From Trichoplax adhaerens (lineage: Eukaryota; Animalia; Placozoa): a stretch of DNA of 64,000 bases. The stretch is from NCBI RefSeq assembly GCF_000150275.1, contig NW_002060946.1, positions 7,905,494 to 7,969,493 of the forward strand, in the 5' to 3' direction. The notes under the pieces are model-generated. The model was given only the letters and a program-made list of their open reading frames with translations, had not been told where the DNA came from and did not search any database. This document shows positions 12,968-24,500 of this stretch, piece by piece. The first letter of the stretch is position 1, and each line of letters opens with the position of its first letter. Both the position numbers and the translations under genes were made by a program.

Positions 12968-14005
12968 GTCTATTATGCCAACGATGAGTATCAGACATGA
13001 GCCATAGAGCATTGAGCAGGCGTACTACCGGCATGACGGTGACAGTACACTCGTGTCAGACTACCTCAAAGCAGTACAATACACAGAGCGCAGTGACGTT
13101 ACTTACTCTACTCTACTATGCCAACGATGAGTATGAGACATGGGCCATTGAGCATTGAGCAGGCGTACTACCGGCATGACGGTCACAGTACACTAGTGTC
13201 AGACTACCTCAAAGCAGTACAATACACAGAGTGCAGTGACGTTACTTACTCTACTCTACAGTCTCTACTATGCCAACGATGAGTACAGTATGAGACATGA
13301 TCCATTGAGCATTGAGCAGGCGTACTACCGCCATGACGGTCATAGTACACTAGCGTCAGACTACCTCAAAGCAGTACAATACACTGATTGCAGTGACGTT
13401 ACTTACTGTACTCTACAGTCTCTACTATGCCAACGATGAGTACAGTATGAGGCATGAACATTTGAGCATTGAGCAGGCGTACTACCGGCATGACGTTGAC
13501 AGTACACTCGTGTCAGACTACCTCAAAGCAGTACAATAGACATAGTGCAGTGGCGTTACTTACTCTACTCTACTATGCCAACGATGAGTATGAGACATGG
13601 GCCATTGAGCATTGAGCAGGCGTACTACCGGCATGACGGTCACAGTACAGTACTGTACACTAGTGTCAGACTACCTCAAAGCACTACAATACAGTACACA
13701 GAGTACAGTACGTACTGTACAGTGACGTTACTTACTGTACTGTAGTCTACTCTACAGTACTGTAACTACAGTATGCCAACGATGAGTATGAGACATGAGC
13801 CATGGAGCATTGAGCAGGCGTACTACCGCCATGACGGTCATAGTACACTAGCGTCAGACTACCTCAAAGCAGTACAATACACAGAGTGCAGTGACGTTAC
13901 TTACTGTCCTCTACTATGCCAACGATGAGTATGAGACATGAGCCATGGAGCATTGAGCAGGCGTACTACCGCCATGACGGTGACAGTACAGTAGGGTCAG
14001 ACTAC
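12968..14005 (+). repeat. Tandem array of 7 copies (last one partial) of a ~143-bp unit, GC-richer than the background
   Basis: Anchor ATGCCAACGATGAG at 12975, 13118, 13270, 13427, 13575, 13773 and 13916 (spacings 143, 152, 157, 148, 198, 143). Conserved blocks GAGCATTGAGCAGGCGTACTACCG and GTCAGACTACCTCAAAGCA. Confidence 0.97.
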
Positions 14006-14172
14006 TCATCTGTCTCTACTGTACGTCTCTACCTCTGCTTTGTTGAACGACATCGAGTCTTGAAGCACTTTGGCCATTGGTGTGCAGCTGCAATCTTCGC
14101 CATCGTTAAAGCCTTTTCCACTTATTTCCTACTTGATACTGATTTGACGTCGACTATCTTCTGACTATCCCA

Positions 14173-17100
14173 ATGAGTTTATTCTCTTTTATCAGTGGCA
14201 CTAAGCCGGAAAAACAACAGAGTGCTAAGGAAACGGTAAGAAATCAATTTGCAATTCCAACCTTGGCAAAATCGACTGCATTGCATCCTATCAATGGCAC
14301 GGTTCCATACTCTCCATCGTGCCTGCAATCACTGTTTTCCACGCTTGCTGTCATGACAGCAAGCGTGGATCATGCCCATCACAGATTAGACTAGTCCAGC
14401 TCAATGACTTGATCAATCTTATGGCAAGAAAGATACTTTGAATGTTTTACTATAGACACTTACCATGGCACGTCTTGTAGACTATCCTTGATTGCTACAA
14501 ATGATGGAAAGGGTTGTACTACAATTCTCGGATTGTTTTAGCTTGCAATGAGGATAAGGGACATTCCCTGTTGAAAACGTAGTCCATACTGTAGAATAGA
14601 GTACCTTCAATCTTACTCCAAGTGATCATCAAGTCTTTTCGCTTCATAACTAGAAATAAGTGGAGTAACTTCGCATGAAACTAGATTGGAATAGGTTCTA
14701 TATCATTCATCTATTTTTACTATGTCTTCAGCCCTGACCAAAATTAGCCTTGTGTTGCAAAAATAGCTTACGCGATCTTACTCCTGGTATACCGTTGATG
14801 TAGTAAAAATGAAGCGATTGATTTCCATCGTACACTATTGACTAACCGCGTATTGGTTCAATGCATTCAACTGTTCCATGGTAGTCCTACTCTTGAATTA
14901 ATACTTGAATATTGATTTCAATCTTGTATAAGATGGGTATGTTATGCAGGGTTAATAGCAGTCTTCAACTACAGGGTAGTCATAGATGGATTGCTGCTCA
15001 TCACTCACTTTACAGTAGGTATGGCTAAACATGATCAAAATCATAGCAGAAATCTCTATTAGTACTGATTGAAATGTAATCAAACAACCATCTCTAAGTA
15101 TACTGTAACAGATATCAAGATTACTACAAATTAGAACCAATCATTTTAGCGTAGATCCAATTGATTCAATTAAAGCCATAGGTATATAGACGTAAAAAAG
15201 AATGACATATTTTGACACTAGGATCATAGTTCAGCACTATAGGCTCTAGCGGAATGAATTCACAACGTTGTGCATACAACATCATGTATCATTCCATGTG
15301 GCCATTGAAGTGTTGCTAGCCTATGCTATTGCCTTTTCTTTTAATTTCGTTTACCCGGGCTTATCAAATTGTGATAAAGGAAATACCGTTGGCAACGCGA
15401 TTGGATAGAAAAGCATGTATACTAACTATTCTACGATCATCAACATATTAACTCATTTCGTTTATGTATAGGTTGAAAAGCTTTGCAATCGTGTTAGTAC
15501 CTCAACATTATTAGAAGACAGACGCGATGCACTTAGAGCATTAAAATCCTTGGCTAAGGTAAAATCAATGGTGATACAATTCAATGTCATAAAATGATAG
15601 ATACAGGTTATCGACATCATGTGATAAATTACCATCATTTACTATACGATACGGCATCAGTAATAGGGTAGATGAAATTGATAATACTGAAATTTCTGCT
15701 ACCCTATCCAGTATAGTAGTGGCGTATATAAACAGCATAAATTTATAGTGCATTCGAGTAAAATATTCCTATAGCCTTTTGAAAGATTGTAAATAATTAA
15801 ATGTACAATTCTTCACTATACAAAATGACTAATACTGTATTGTAGTCATGTAATGTTCAACATTACTGCTACAATCTTAATTTGTACTTTTCACATCTGC
15901 GACTTTACCGTTACTATAGTATAATGTAAGTATATTATGATCGCACATTGCGTAATTGCAATAGAGTAGTAAGCTTAATATATATAATTACGTGTGTGCA
16001 GACTTACAGAGACGAAGTTGGTTCGCAGGGACTACACTTATTCGTCAATGTTTTACAAGTGGACAAGTAAGAATTTCTATTTCTAAATGAATAAATAGTA
16101 TAGCTCTGTTTTCATCTTGCACTACAGGTTTATCCCTTGGTAATCTGAGCTACCTTAAATAGTTGACGTATTATTAACAACCATGAAAACTGTCAAGATA
16201 TTAAAAATTAACTTGACGTTTTGAATGATCACGGTAGGAGCGACGGCGAAAGTGTTGGCTATGCCTTGGATACATTATACAATTTAATGGCTACCGATAT
16301 TCCTCCAAGTGGTTAAAAAATTTCTTTACCTTCACACTACTTCACAGAGTATCAGTCGTAAATGTAATACTACTTCTACTTCCGTCAAAATTTATTGTCT
16401 TTTTTTAAAATAATTTACTGGCATAGATCCTTACTATGGACAAACTGTAATGTCTCCGCAAACAGCTGAACTTGGTCGTCATTTTAGCGAAATTTTCCTA
16501 CAAAATCAGGATAATTTACCCTTAATCATTAGTTGTTTGGAAGTTAGTGGAACTACAAGTAGAAAATCTTTAAATTTTTACAATAATTTGGTTGATTTAG
16601 TATTGATGCGTTAAAATATTTACTTTCCTGGTTATTATGATGATTAGGATTTCGACTTTCAAGTACGATGGCCGGCAACTAAACTACTTACGGCACTGTT
16701 AATAAATAATGGGTTAGTAATATTAAATTTTTCTATATTATTCTATTAGAAAGTCGCACAAACTTGTAAATGTATAATAATGATATAAAATCGCTTTTCA
16801 GGCCTCAAATTCAACAAAGTATGCTCACTATTCCTATGGGTAAGCATATTAGGCAATGCGATTTAAGGTATTAAATAAATATGAAAATAGTAACATTCAT
16901 TAAAACGATTACTACCTATAATTGTAGCTGTCGCAAGAGTTGTAGACTTATTAAGCGATGAGAGAGAAGTCGTTAGGAATGAGGTAACGTTAGGAATTTT
17001 AAATGTAACCTTAACTTATAATAAAATAATCTCAATAAATAGAAAAAGGCATATAATACGACTTTAGACACTGACATTGATTTATTCTAGGGATTACTCC

Positions 17101-20100
17101 TCATGATGCAGCTTACGAAAGCTAATAACGCAATACAGGTAATACGATAGTTGATTAACGGTCTTTAACACAACGTAGTGATGACAATTTTTATTTCCCT
17201 TGAAATAGAAATTAATTGCATTTGAAAACGGATTCGATTATATAATTGATATTATTGCAAGGGAAGGTTATAGTGTTGGTGGTACGTACAATATAGTATA
17301 AATCATAAATTGTATTATTTCCACATCTTATAATTGTCTACCTAGACGAATTTGTTAATTACTTTTTGTCAAATTCACTAAACATTTAATTCAAATTTTC
17401 TGTAGGAATCGTTGTTGAAGATTGCTTACTCATATTAAGGAATTTATTAAATTCGAATGTTTCCAATCAAAATTTCTTCAGAGAAGGAAGGTATTGCATA
17501 CATTGGACGGTATACAGTAAAGTTTACACCTTTTATCCCGCGGCTTTTATAAACTACTGTCATCCTTTTCCTAAATAAGTAACTACTTTTTTTTAGCTAT
17601 ATTCCAAAGCTAGCTGCCTTTTTTGATTTAAAAGCGGCCAGTGCAGCCAGTAAGGACAAATTCAGTTATCTCTAAACATTTATTGCCGTACTTATTTTAG
17701 TGTAAATTGTATTTCTTAAAGATAATATAGACGACTCGGATACAGATGAATTTGATAGCGCAAAGCAAAAAGCGGCAAACATCATTCATATGTTACAAGT
17801 CAGTAATAATTGCCTCCACATTCTAATTAAAAATTTATTACAACCCAAACTGTGATGAATGATTCATGATGTATATTTACATCTTTGGATAGATATTGCG
17901 TTTGCTGGTCTCACCGGACAATTCACAACAATCGTTGGTATTATGTCAGAAAGTAATTTTCCAATGCGGTATGTATGTAGGCCCCCATCCATTAGTGATG
18001 AATTATTTCTTCATGACGACATTTTTTATTAATCATTTTGACCCTCTCTGCCGTTAGGATTACTCAAAGTATTATGCGAATTATTGTTATCGTCCTCTGT
18101 TAGTGAAGACATTGTATTAGAGGTATTTAGTTTACCTACGGATAAGTTGTTGATTGCTCGAGTAAGATTCTTGTAAGGCACTTAAAAATCTTTATTTATG
18201 ACATCTAATTAGCTTCTCATTACTATTGGCGATACCCTTCGGGGAGCTAACCAAAATCAAGATTACTTCGCAAAATTTTCTTTATCTGCAGATGCTCAAA
18301 GGTTCATCTTACTTAATTATTGGCAGTCTAATTTTGACTAAATAATCTTATACATGTGCTCTATTATTTGTACTAGAACTGCGATAATAGTACTTCTCTT
18401 AAACATGGTAACTGATAAAACAACTTATCCATTGAAATATGCCTCCTTATACTGTTTCAAGGTAAGCATAAAAAATTTGATGATTTTTTAATTGATTCTA
18501 GTAGTTCAAATAGCTTAATTTATCTGTAAAGATTTGATAGCTACATAGAAAAATTTAAATTATTCTGCTGTTATTCCCTAGTGCTTTCTATATGGTAATG
18601 AGCTAGGCCAAGCGCAACTGGTAGCTACTCTCTTGCCATCTTCTGTTGAAGGTCTGCTGTATAGTTATCGTTAATAATGTTTACTGATAAAATAGTAAAA
18701 CATCGATCTGTATTAAATATGTACTATATCCTCTCCTTGTATAGCCGCTTCTATTTCGCCTGGACAGTTAATATGCGCTGGATTGTTTAGGTATCCTAAA
18801 TTCATATTGAATGTGAAATAAGTTGATCCTCAAAATTTTCTTTTTAAGCCATCTACTGCATGCACTAACTGATAATAATAATACATTACATATTACAACA
18901 TTTACTCTAATCTAATATGGGTATTAGCCTGGATCAATTTTGTAGCTGGTGTGCAGCTATGGCTATTTCACACATGTTACGACAAAATATCGCTCAAAAA
19001 GAACAATTGTTACGTGTTCAATTAGCTACTAGAGTAGGTAAGTATATTATCCATTTTTATCCAGTCGTTACAATTATCATGGTAGTGATAGTACGATTTA
19101 ATTTGTGATGGTATTTGTGTAACATGCAAATGTCTTATTGACATAATATTTTGGTAATCTGAAGGTAGCCCAGCAGTATCATTGCTACAACAATGTACAA
19201 ATATCCTAAGCGAGGTATGATACTATAAAAATTGGAGGAACCCTGTTGATGTTAACCTTCATTTAAAATATATTATTTTCATAAATCATATATAGAATAC
19301 TGGCTCTCCAGTTGGAATTAACCACCTAATTCTTTTATGTTCTTGGCTGAATGAATGTCCTACGGCTGTTGCACATCTCGTTAACAACCCTGTCAACATT
19401 CCTTTCGTATCCTTATTTCATACAAAGTACCGACTTATTTTTGACAGTGATGTTGTAGTCGTATTGATCTTAATACGTAAACTCTAGCTAACTACACAGA
19501 TAGACAGAGATGCAAACGAACATGAGAAGCTTATGCGTGGACTATCAGCACTATTACTTGGTATATGTATGGTATACAATGATGGTGCCGTTGAAGCCTG
19601 CAATCGGTTAGAAGTATTGATTTTCAAAAGGTTCTACTAGGGCGACCAAGTAATTTGTTTTATTTATGTATTTATTATCTTTATATCACATTTAGAAAAG
19701 CGCTTCGAAACCTGATAGCAAGTAGGATAGGTGTTGGAAAATACAGGGATTGCTTGAACCAAATATCAAAGAATGAACAGTTTGTAAAAGCAACTCACAG
19801 AATGCAGGTATTGTCACAATCGATACGATACCATCACAAATTAAATTGAATTCCAATTTATTAAAATTTGATATATATATATATAAATAGATGCCAAGTG
19901 AGCCAGACGATCATTTATTTTTTGATGAAGAATTTACGATTATGTTTAGAAACGTTGAAGGTGCTAGCATAGACCTTTAGTATATTTTATAATGTAAAAC
20001 GATTTACCATTAAAAATTGGTAACATTTATACTATAATAAATAAATAAAAACTTTTAAGCTGATTTCCATACTCACTTCACTTAGTAATTGTAATGGTAC

Positions 20101-21586
20101 TATTTATCAGGATACATATTAAGAATTGCTAGTTCAGATGACACAAAGCCGGAATTGGATAGCAAAAGAGAATCAACAATTGATGAAGAGGCGATTGTGC
20201 AACCGTACAAAGACCTTATCAGAGAACAGGTTACCACGCTTATTTAATGATCTTAAATTACACGATACTACATATCAACTTGTATTTATTTATAGCCATA
20301 ATGAATGATCTTAATTAAGAAGTGAATTCTTGTTAACAAATTGTAGGATGAAGAGCTAAGAATTTTGCGTAGACAATGTGAAGCATTTGAAACTAATAAA
20401 GATATGGTTTGTTTTATTAGCTAATAATTATTAACGAACCATCAGGTTATGTATTTCGATAGATTGTTCAGTGAATACTATCAGTAGATAGCCTTATTGC
20501 CGTTTTACGAAGCGTACTTGATAGAATATGACAATTTACTTATTGCTACTTTACCTACTTTCTTACAATAAAATATTATTTCTGCAGCAGTGAATTGTTA
20601 TGATATACCATGCCCATTTTTTTATAACGATTTCTAAACTTAATAATAGTTTTATTAAATTTAGTTCTTTTAATTTCAGATTGAACAAGAGCTGACCAGT
20701 GCGTCTCATGAAATATTATCTCTGCGAGAACAAAATTCGATGTTATTATCTGAGCATAGTTAGTAATTCCATCTGAACTTTGTTTATTTGTCATCAGAAA
20801 TAAGCCGATTTGTAGTGATTGAAATCATTACGATGTCTCTAGACAATCATCCAGATGCTTCTGCCAATAGTGCTGCATTTTTTTATCGGAATGATCCTAA
20901 TAACATTAATCAAGAATTGAAAGATATGGAAAGGATTAAGGAATCTCAAGCCAAAGAAATTGCTAATTTACAAGTACAGTTGGAGCAAAAAGTTCGTAAC
21001 TTATGCCGATACCCAATTACATTGCATCATTGATACATTTATATACCATAGCCAGTTATAACTGTTATTGCTTCTATATGTTCATATTGATAGACCACAG
21101 AATTATCAGAGTGTAAAAGTATGATGAAATCAAGAGATGACAAATCTGAAGAGTTGAATGATCAAAAGAAACTGATCAATTCCTTAAACGAACAAATTGG
21201 TGAATTAAAGAGCAGCAACGAAAAACTCCAGAAGAATCTAGCTGAAGAGGTACAATATATTATGAAAATAAACCTGGATTTTCCGTTAGAATCTAATCCT
21301 TTGTCGTTATCATTAACAGTTGAGTGCGGTTAAAGAACCGGAAGGTGTAGATATTTCAAATGTGGAAAAACTGCAGGATAAAATTCTTGAGTTAGATGAT
21401 GCTTTAGAAACCGAAAGAAGAGAGAAAGATAGGATTCAGTGTGAATTGGGTAATTTACAGCATGAGCAGGATGATTTGTTACTTTTATTATCTGATCAAG
21501 AGAAAAAAATTAAGCAGTTAAAGAAAGCCATCCTTTCTCTTGGTGGCGATGTTAGCAATGAGGAGGACGATGATTTTGACATGTAA
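14173..21586 (+). CDS. USO1: General vesicular transport factor p115 (USO1), about 31 coding exons
   Basis: Exon 1 14173-14235 (MSLFSFISGTKPEKQQSAKET) and exon 2 15472-15558 (VEKLCNRVSTSTLLEDRRDALRALKSLAK), followed by spliced segments SVGYALDTLYNL, DFDFQVRWP, LLSDEREVVRNEGLLL, IQKLIAFENGF, GGIVVEDCL, SNQNFFREGS and KEQLLRVQLAT. Ends in a coiled coil with EQDDLLLLLSDQ and an acidic tail EEDDDFDM*. Matches the p115 armadillo head plus coiled-coil/acidic tail. Confidence 0.95.
14338..14369. repeat. Perfect 32-bp palindrome in USO1 intron 1
   Basis: TCCACGCTTGCTGTCA|TGACAGCAAGCGTGGA, with no spacer. Confidence 0.95.
19407..19487 (+). other. U12-type (minor spliceosome) GT-AG intron in USO1
   Basis: Donor GTATCCTT; branch-like TCTTAAT at 19468-19474, 13 nt before the AG; no polypyrimidine tract. 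Splicing joins ...NIPF|LTTQI... in frame. Confidence 0.8.
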
Positions 21587-24500
21587 TACGCTACCACATG
21601 CTATTTTGAATCCTGTTTTCATTCCTGAATTCAGGATAAGTTATTTTTTATTGCTCGCTAACATTTTCTAGCGATTTGGTTTTTATAATGTATTTAAAGT
21701 ACATTATTTTCTGATGCAGTGTTCCATGCATTTCCTTATGATAATAAGAATAGTATCGTAATAGTTTTGACTTAAACAAAATGACCGAGCAGGATTATAT
21801 CCTGATTGCAAAGTATTTCTTCTACTATAGACTTCTATTAACAATGATGGTATGCTCCATATTGAATGGATATAAGTACAATTAATGTAGGCAATACCTT
21901 ATAATAATCAATTTTTATGGATAACAGTTATTAAATTTAGCAGGTTAAGCGTATCTATGTCATTAAGTTAACTAGCAATATCTCCAGGAATCCATTGAAA
22001 ATCGTTTGAAATTGCTACTTTTAAACCAGATAATATATTCAGATTAAATTCTCGGAATGCAATGAATATGTGCCTTATAAATGGCATCCAAAAATATTAA
22101 TAATGATAATTATAATCAATAAATTATGTGATAAATACGGAATATTTGATCTCTTAGACACAGAAAACTATACCCTTCTAGAATGATAAGGCAGTTAATC
22201 CTTGTGATCCATAATGTGATACTATAATATGATTGGAGCTACGCATACTATTCCGCTTTATTTTTACTAAAGTTTGCACAACCATCGACTCTAACGTTGA
22301 TAGGTAGAAACTAATCAAAGATTTATGAAAAATTGATGTCTGGATGCGACATATATCCGGGCCAAATCTTTTACTCAAATATAGAAAAGGATTTAAGAGT
22401 AAATATCTGGATTGGCCATATAATAACTTTGATTGCTGATACGGAAAGGTTCATTTTATATGGACAGTGGAATAATTTTAATGCAACAGTTTACTGTGGT
22501 TGTAATAACCAACACCATAGATCGTGACGGAAGCTATCAAATACGATTTATCCCAATTCGCTCTATCCAGATCCAATAGACCACATCGTCATAATAGTAT
22601 TTCATTTTTTATCTTCTTTTTAAAACTTTAATAACACTAGTTCAAGTATTATGTTAGGAGATTGTCAGCACTTCAAGTTGTACTATGGGTAAAAATCTCA
22701 AGAAGAATAATACTGAAAGAAGATCTCAATAGTTTCTCGTTTAGTAAATATTTAATATACGCGTATTCTCCCGCATCTATATCGTAAATATAGCATTTAT
22801 AAGGACTAAAATCAGCAATCACTAGCCCATATATAGACAAAGTTAGTAATGCAAAAGTTTATTTTATAAATTTATGATCGGGCACTAATGACTCCAGTAA
22901 TGATATTCTGAAAAATATTGAGGAAAATATTATCTGTAGCATTTTCTATTTATTATTAAAACGATTAGGATATAGGTTTTCAAGTAGGAAACGGATAAAC
23001 ATGTATAGATTATCCTTTAGTAACCTTAATTTTTCAAGACTATATGCTCCATGACAAAACAAGGAATTTATTGTCTAATTTAGCTAATTAAAAGTTGGTA
23101 AGCTGCAATCCAAGCAGGGTGAGCCTTGCTATCAGATATATCTATATACATGATTATCATCCGTATCCTAGAAGAAAGAGTATTTCAAATCGAGCTGCAT
23201 TTTAGACATAACATTTCAAAACTATTGCTCATTGATTTAGAGTTCTCTGAGAAGAAAGATTCGAAATAAATTCATTTTAAATTCATACATCGTGGTTAAT
23301 ATTTAAGCAGCGAAAGAACAAAAGTGTTATGAAGATTATCAATATCCATTTTTATTTGCAACTAATGAATGAATCATTATTTTCAGGATAACATAAATAA
23401 GAAAAGCGCTATTTAATAAAATTTGATTAGTTCTCATAACAATATTTGAATAGATTGCAATTAAACACCGAGTGCAAATATTAAAATATTACTTGGGTTG
23501 CTTTTAAAGATGCATTGTTCATACAACTGTTTGAGTATCTAAAAGTTTAATTTAGATCCTTGAAAATATCTGGAAAATATGTATCGAACATCATGAATAG
23601 AATAATACAGACAGGATGTCAAACCTGGAATTTCAACTGTTATTAAATTTCCAGGACAATGCGACCGTTGTCACAATTTAAGGTATTTCCGCTAATTGAT
23701 AAATGTCATTTTCTTCCTCATATTAAAGTATAATATTCATCATGAATGAAGGAGAAGTTATTACAGCAGTTACTTTCTGTAATTAATTTACTTTTATTTT
23801 GTAGCTACTCTCGATATCTAGCAGTGCATTACCACCAAGAAGCAATTCAAAGCGATTGCAGAAATTAAAAGAGAAATCATAATAATTAATAATTGCCACA
23901 TTTTATACTTTTTTGGTCTATGATAATCAACTTACTTTTCTATTACAACTATTCTCAAGTATGACTGCTAATATCGTAGCCAAAGGGCAATTAATGATAG
24001 AGCATGAAATTTAAGAGGAATTTTTAATACTTTATTTACATTCCTAGAATCAATCATTACTGGTTCTATTATGATAACTTATAGTCAATATCGTCTTTAA
24101 CGGTCAACTGTATTTCCCTTATAGAATAACGAAAAGAAATCATGTACTACGGGTATATTACCATCCTATAGCTAATTTATTCTTCTACTGTAGCTATTCT
24201 CAATAACTTCATCTCAATACAGGAGAAACTATAATATTTTAACTAGAAAATGTAAGAAAGAGACTTTATTTCAGCCAAGTCTATTACTATTCGACTGCTA
24301 ACTTGCCGCTATATTGTAGCGATTTCTCGAAAGTATAATTAGCGTGTAGTCCATATCAGTTCATAAATTTTTAACTTCAGTTTACTATTTTATAACACTT
24401 AAACTATTACTGCAGTTGCCTATCGAAAGCTGTCCAATTCGCAAAACAAAATTTGGGGACCATTAAAGAAATTTTTTCTTTTGCCTATTATTGTTCTTAT

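Larger units (their letters stand above)
12173..14172. promoter_or_regulatory. Divergent (head-to-head) intergenic/promoter region of the SLC35-like gene and USO1
   Basis: SLC35 ATG at 12172 (- strand) and USO1 ATG at 14173 (+ strand) face away from each other, 2.0 kb apart. TSS positions are not visible from sequence. Confidence 0.65.

Noticed and set aside
13060-13870. let-7-like sequence (ACTACCTCA on + strand, TGAGGTAGT on - strand) in six units
   Set aside because: Only 9 nt match, no pre-miRNA hairpin is evident around it, and the repetition simply follows from the tandem duplication.
12968-14005. Array as a CRISPR locus
   Set aside because: The whole unit is repeated with no unique spacers, there are no cas genes, and the context is eukaryotic and intron-rich.
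12968-14005. Spliced-leader or snRNA gene array (minus strand TTTGAG|GTAG resembles a nematode SL1 junction)
   Set aside because: No U-rich Sm site in the unit, no further similarity, and frequent disruptive insertions.
12975-14164. Array units as tandem ~50-aa peptide genes (MPTMSMRH...SIEQAYYRHDG...), including ORF-track calls at 13236, 13545 and 13916
   Set aside because: Copies 1 and 4 have in-frame TAG stops and copies 3-5 have frame-shifting insertions, so there is no coding constraint.
18791-18928. Second possible U12 intron in USO1 (donor GTATCCTA)
   Set aside because: The donor deviates at +8, has a U2-like AG|GT context and lacks a convincing TCCTTAAY branch site; it needs scoring before it can be called.
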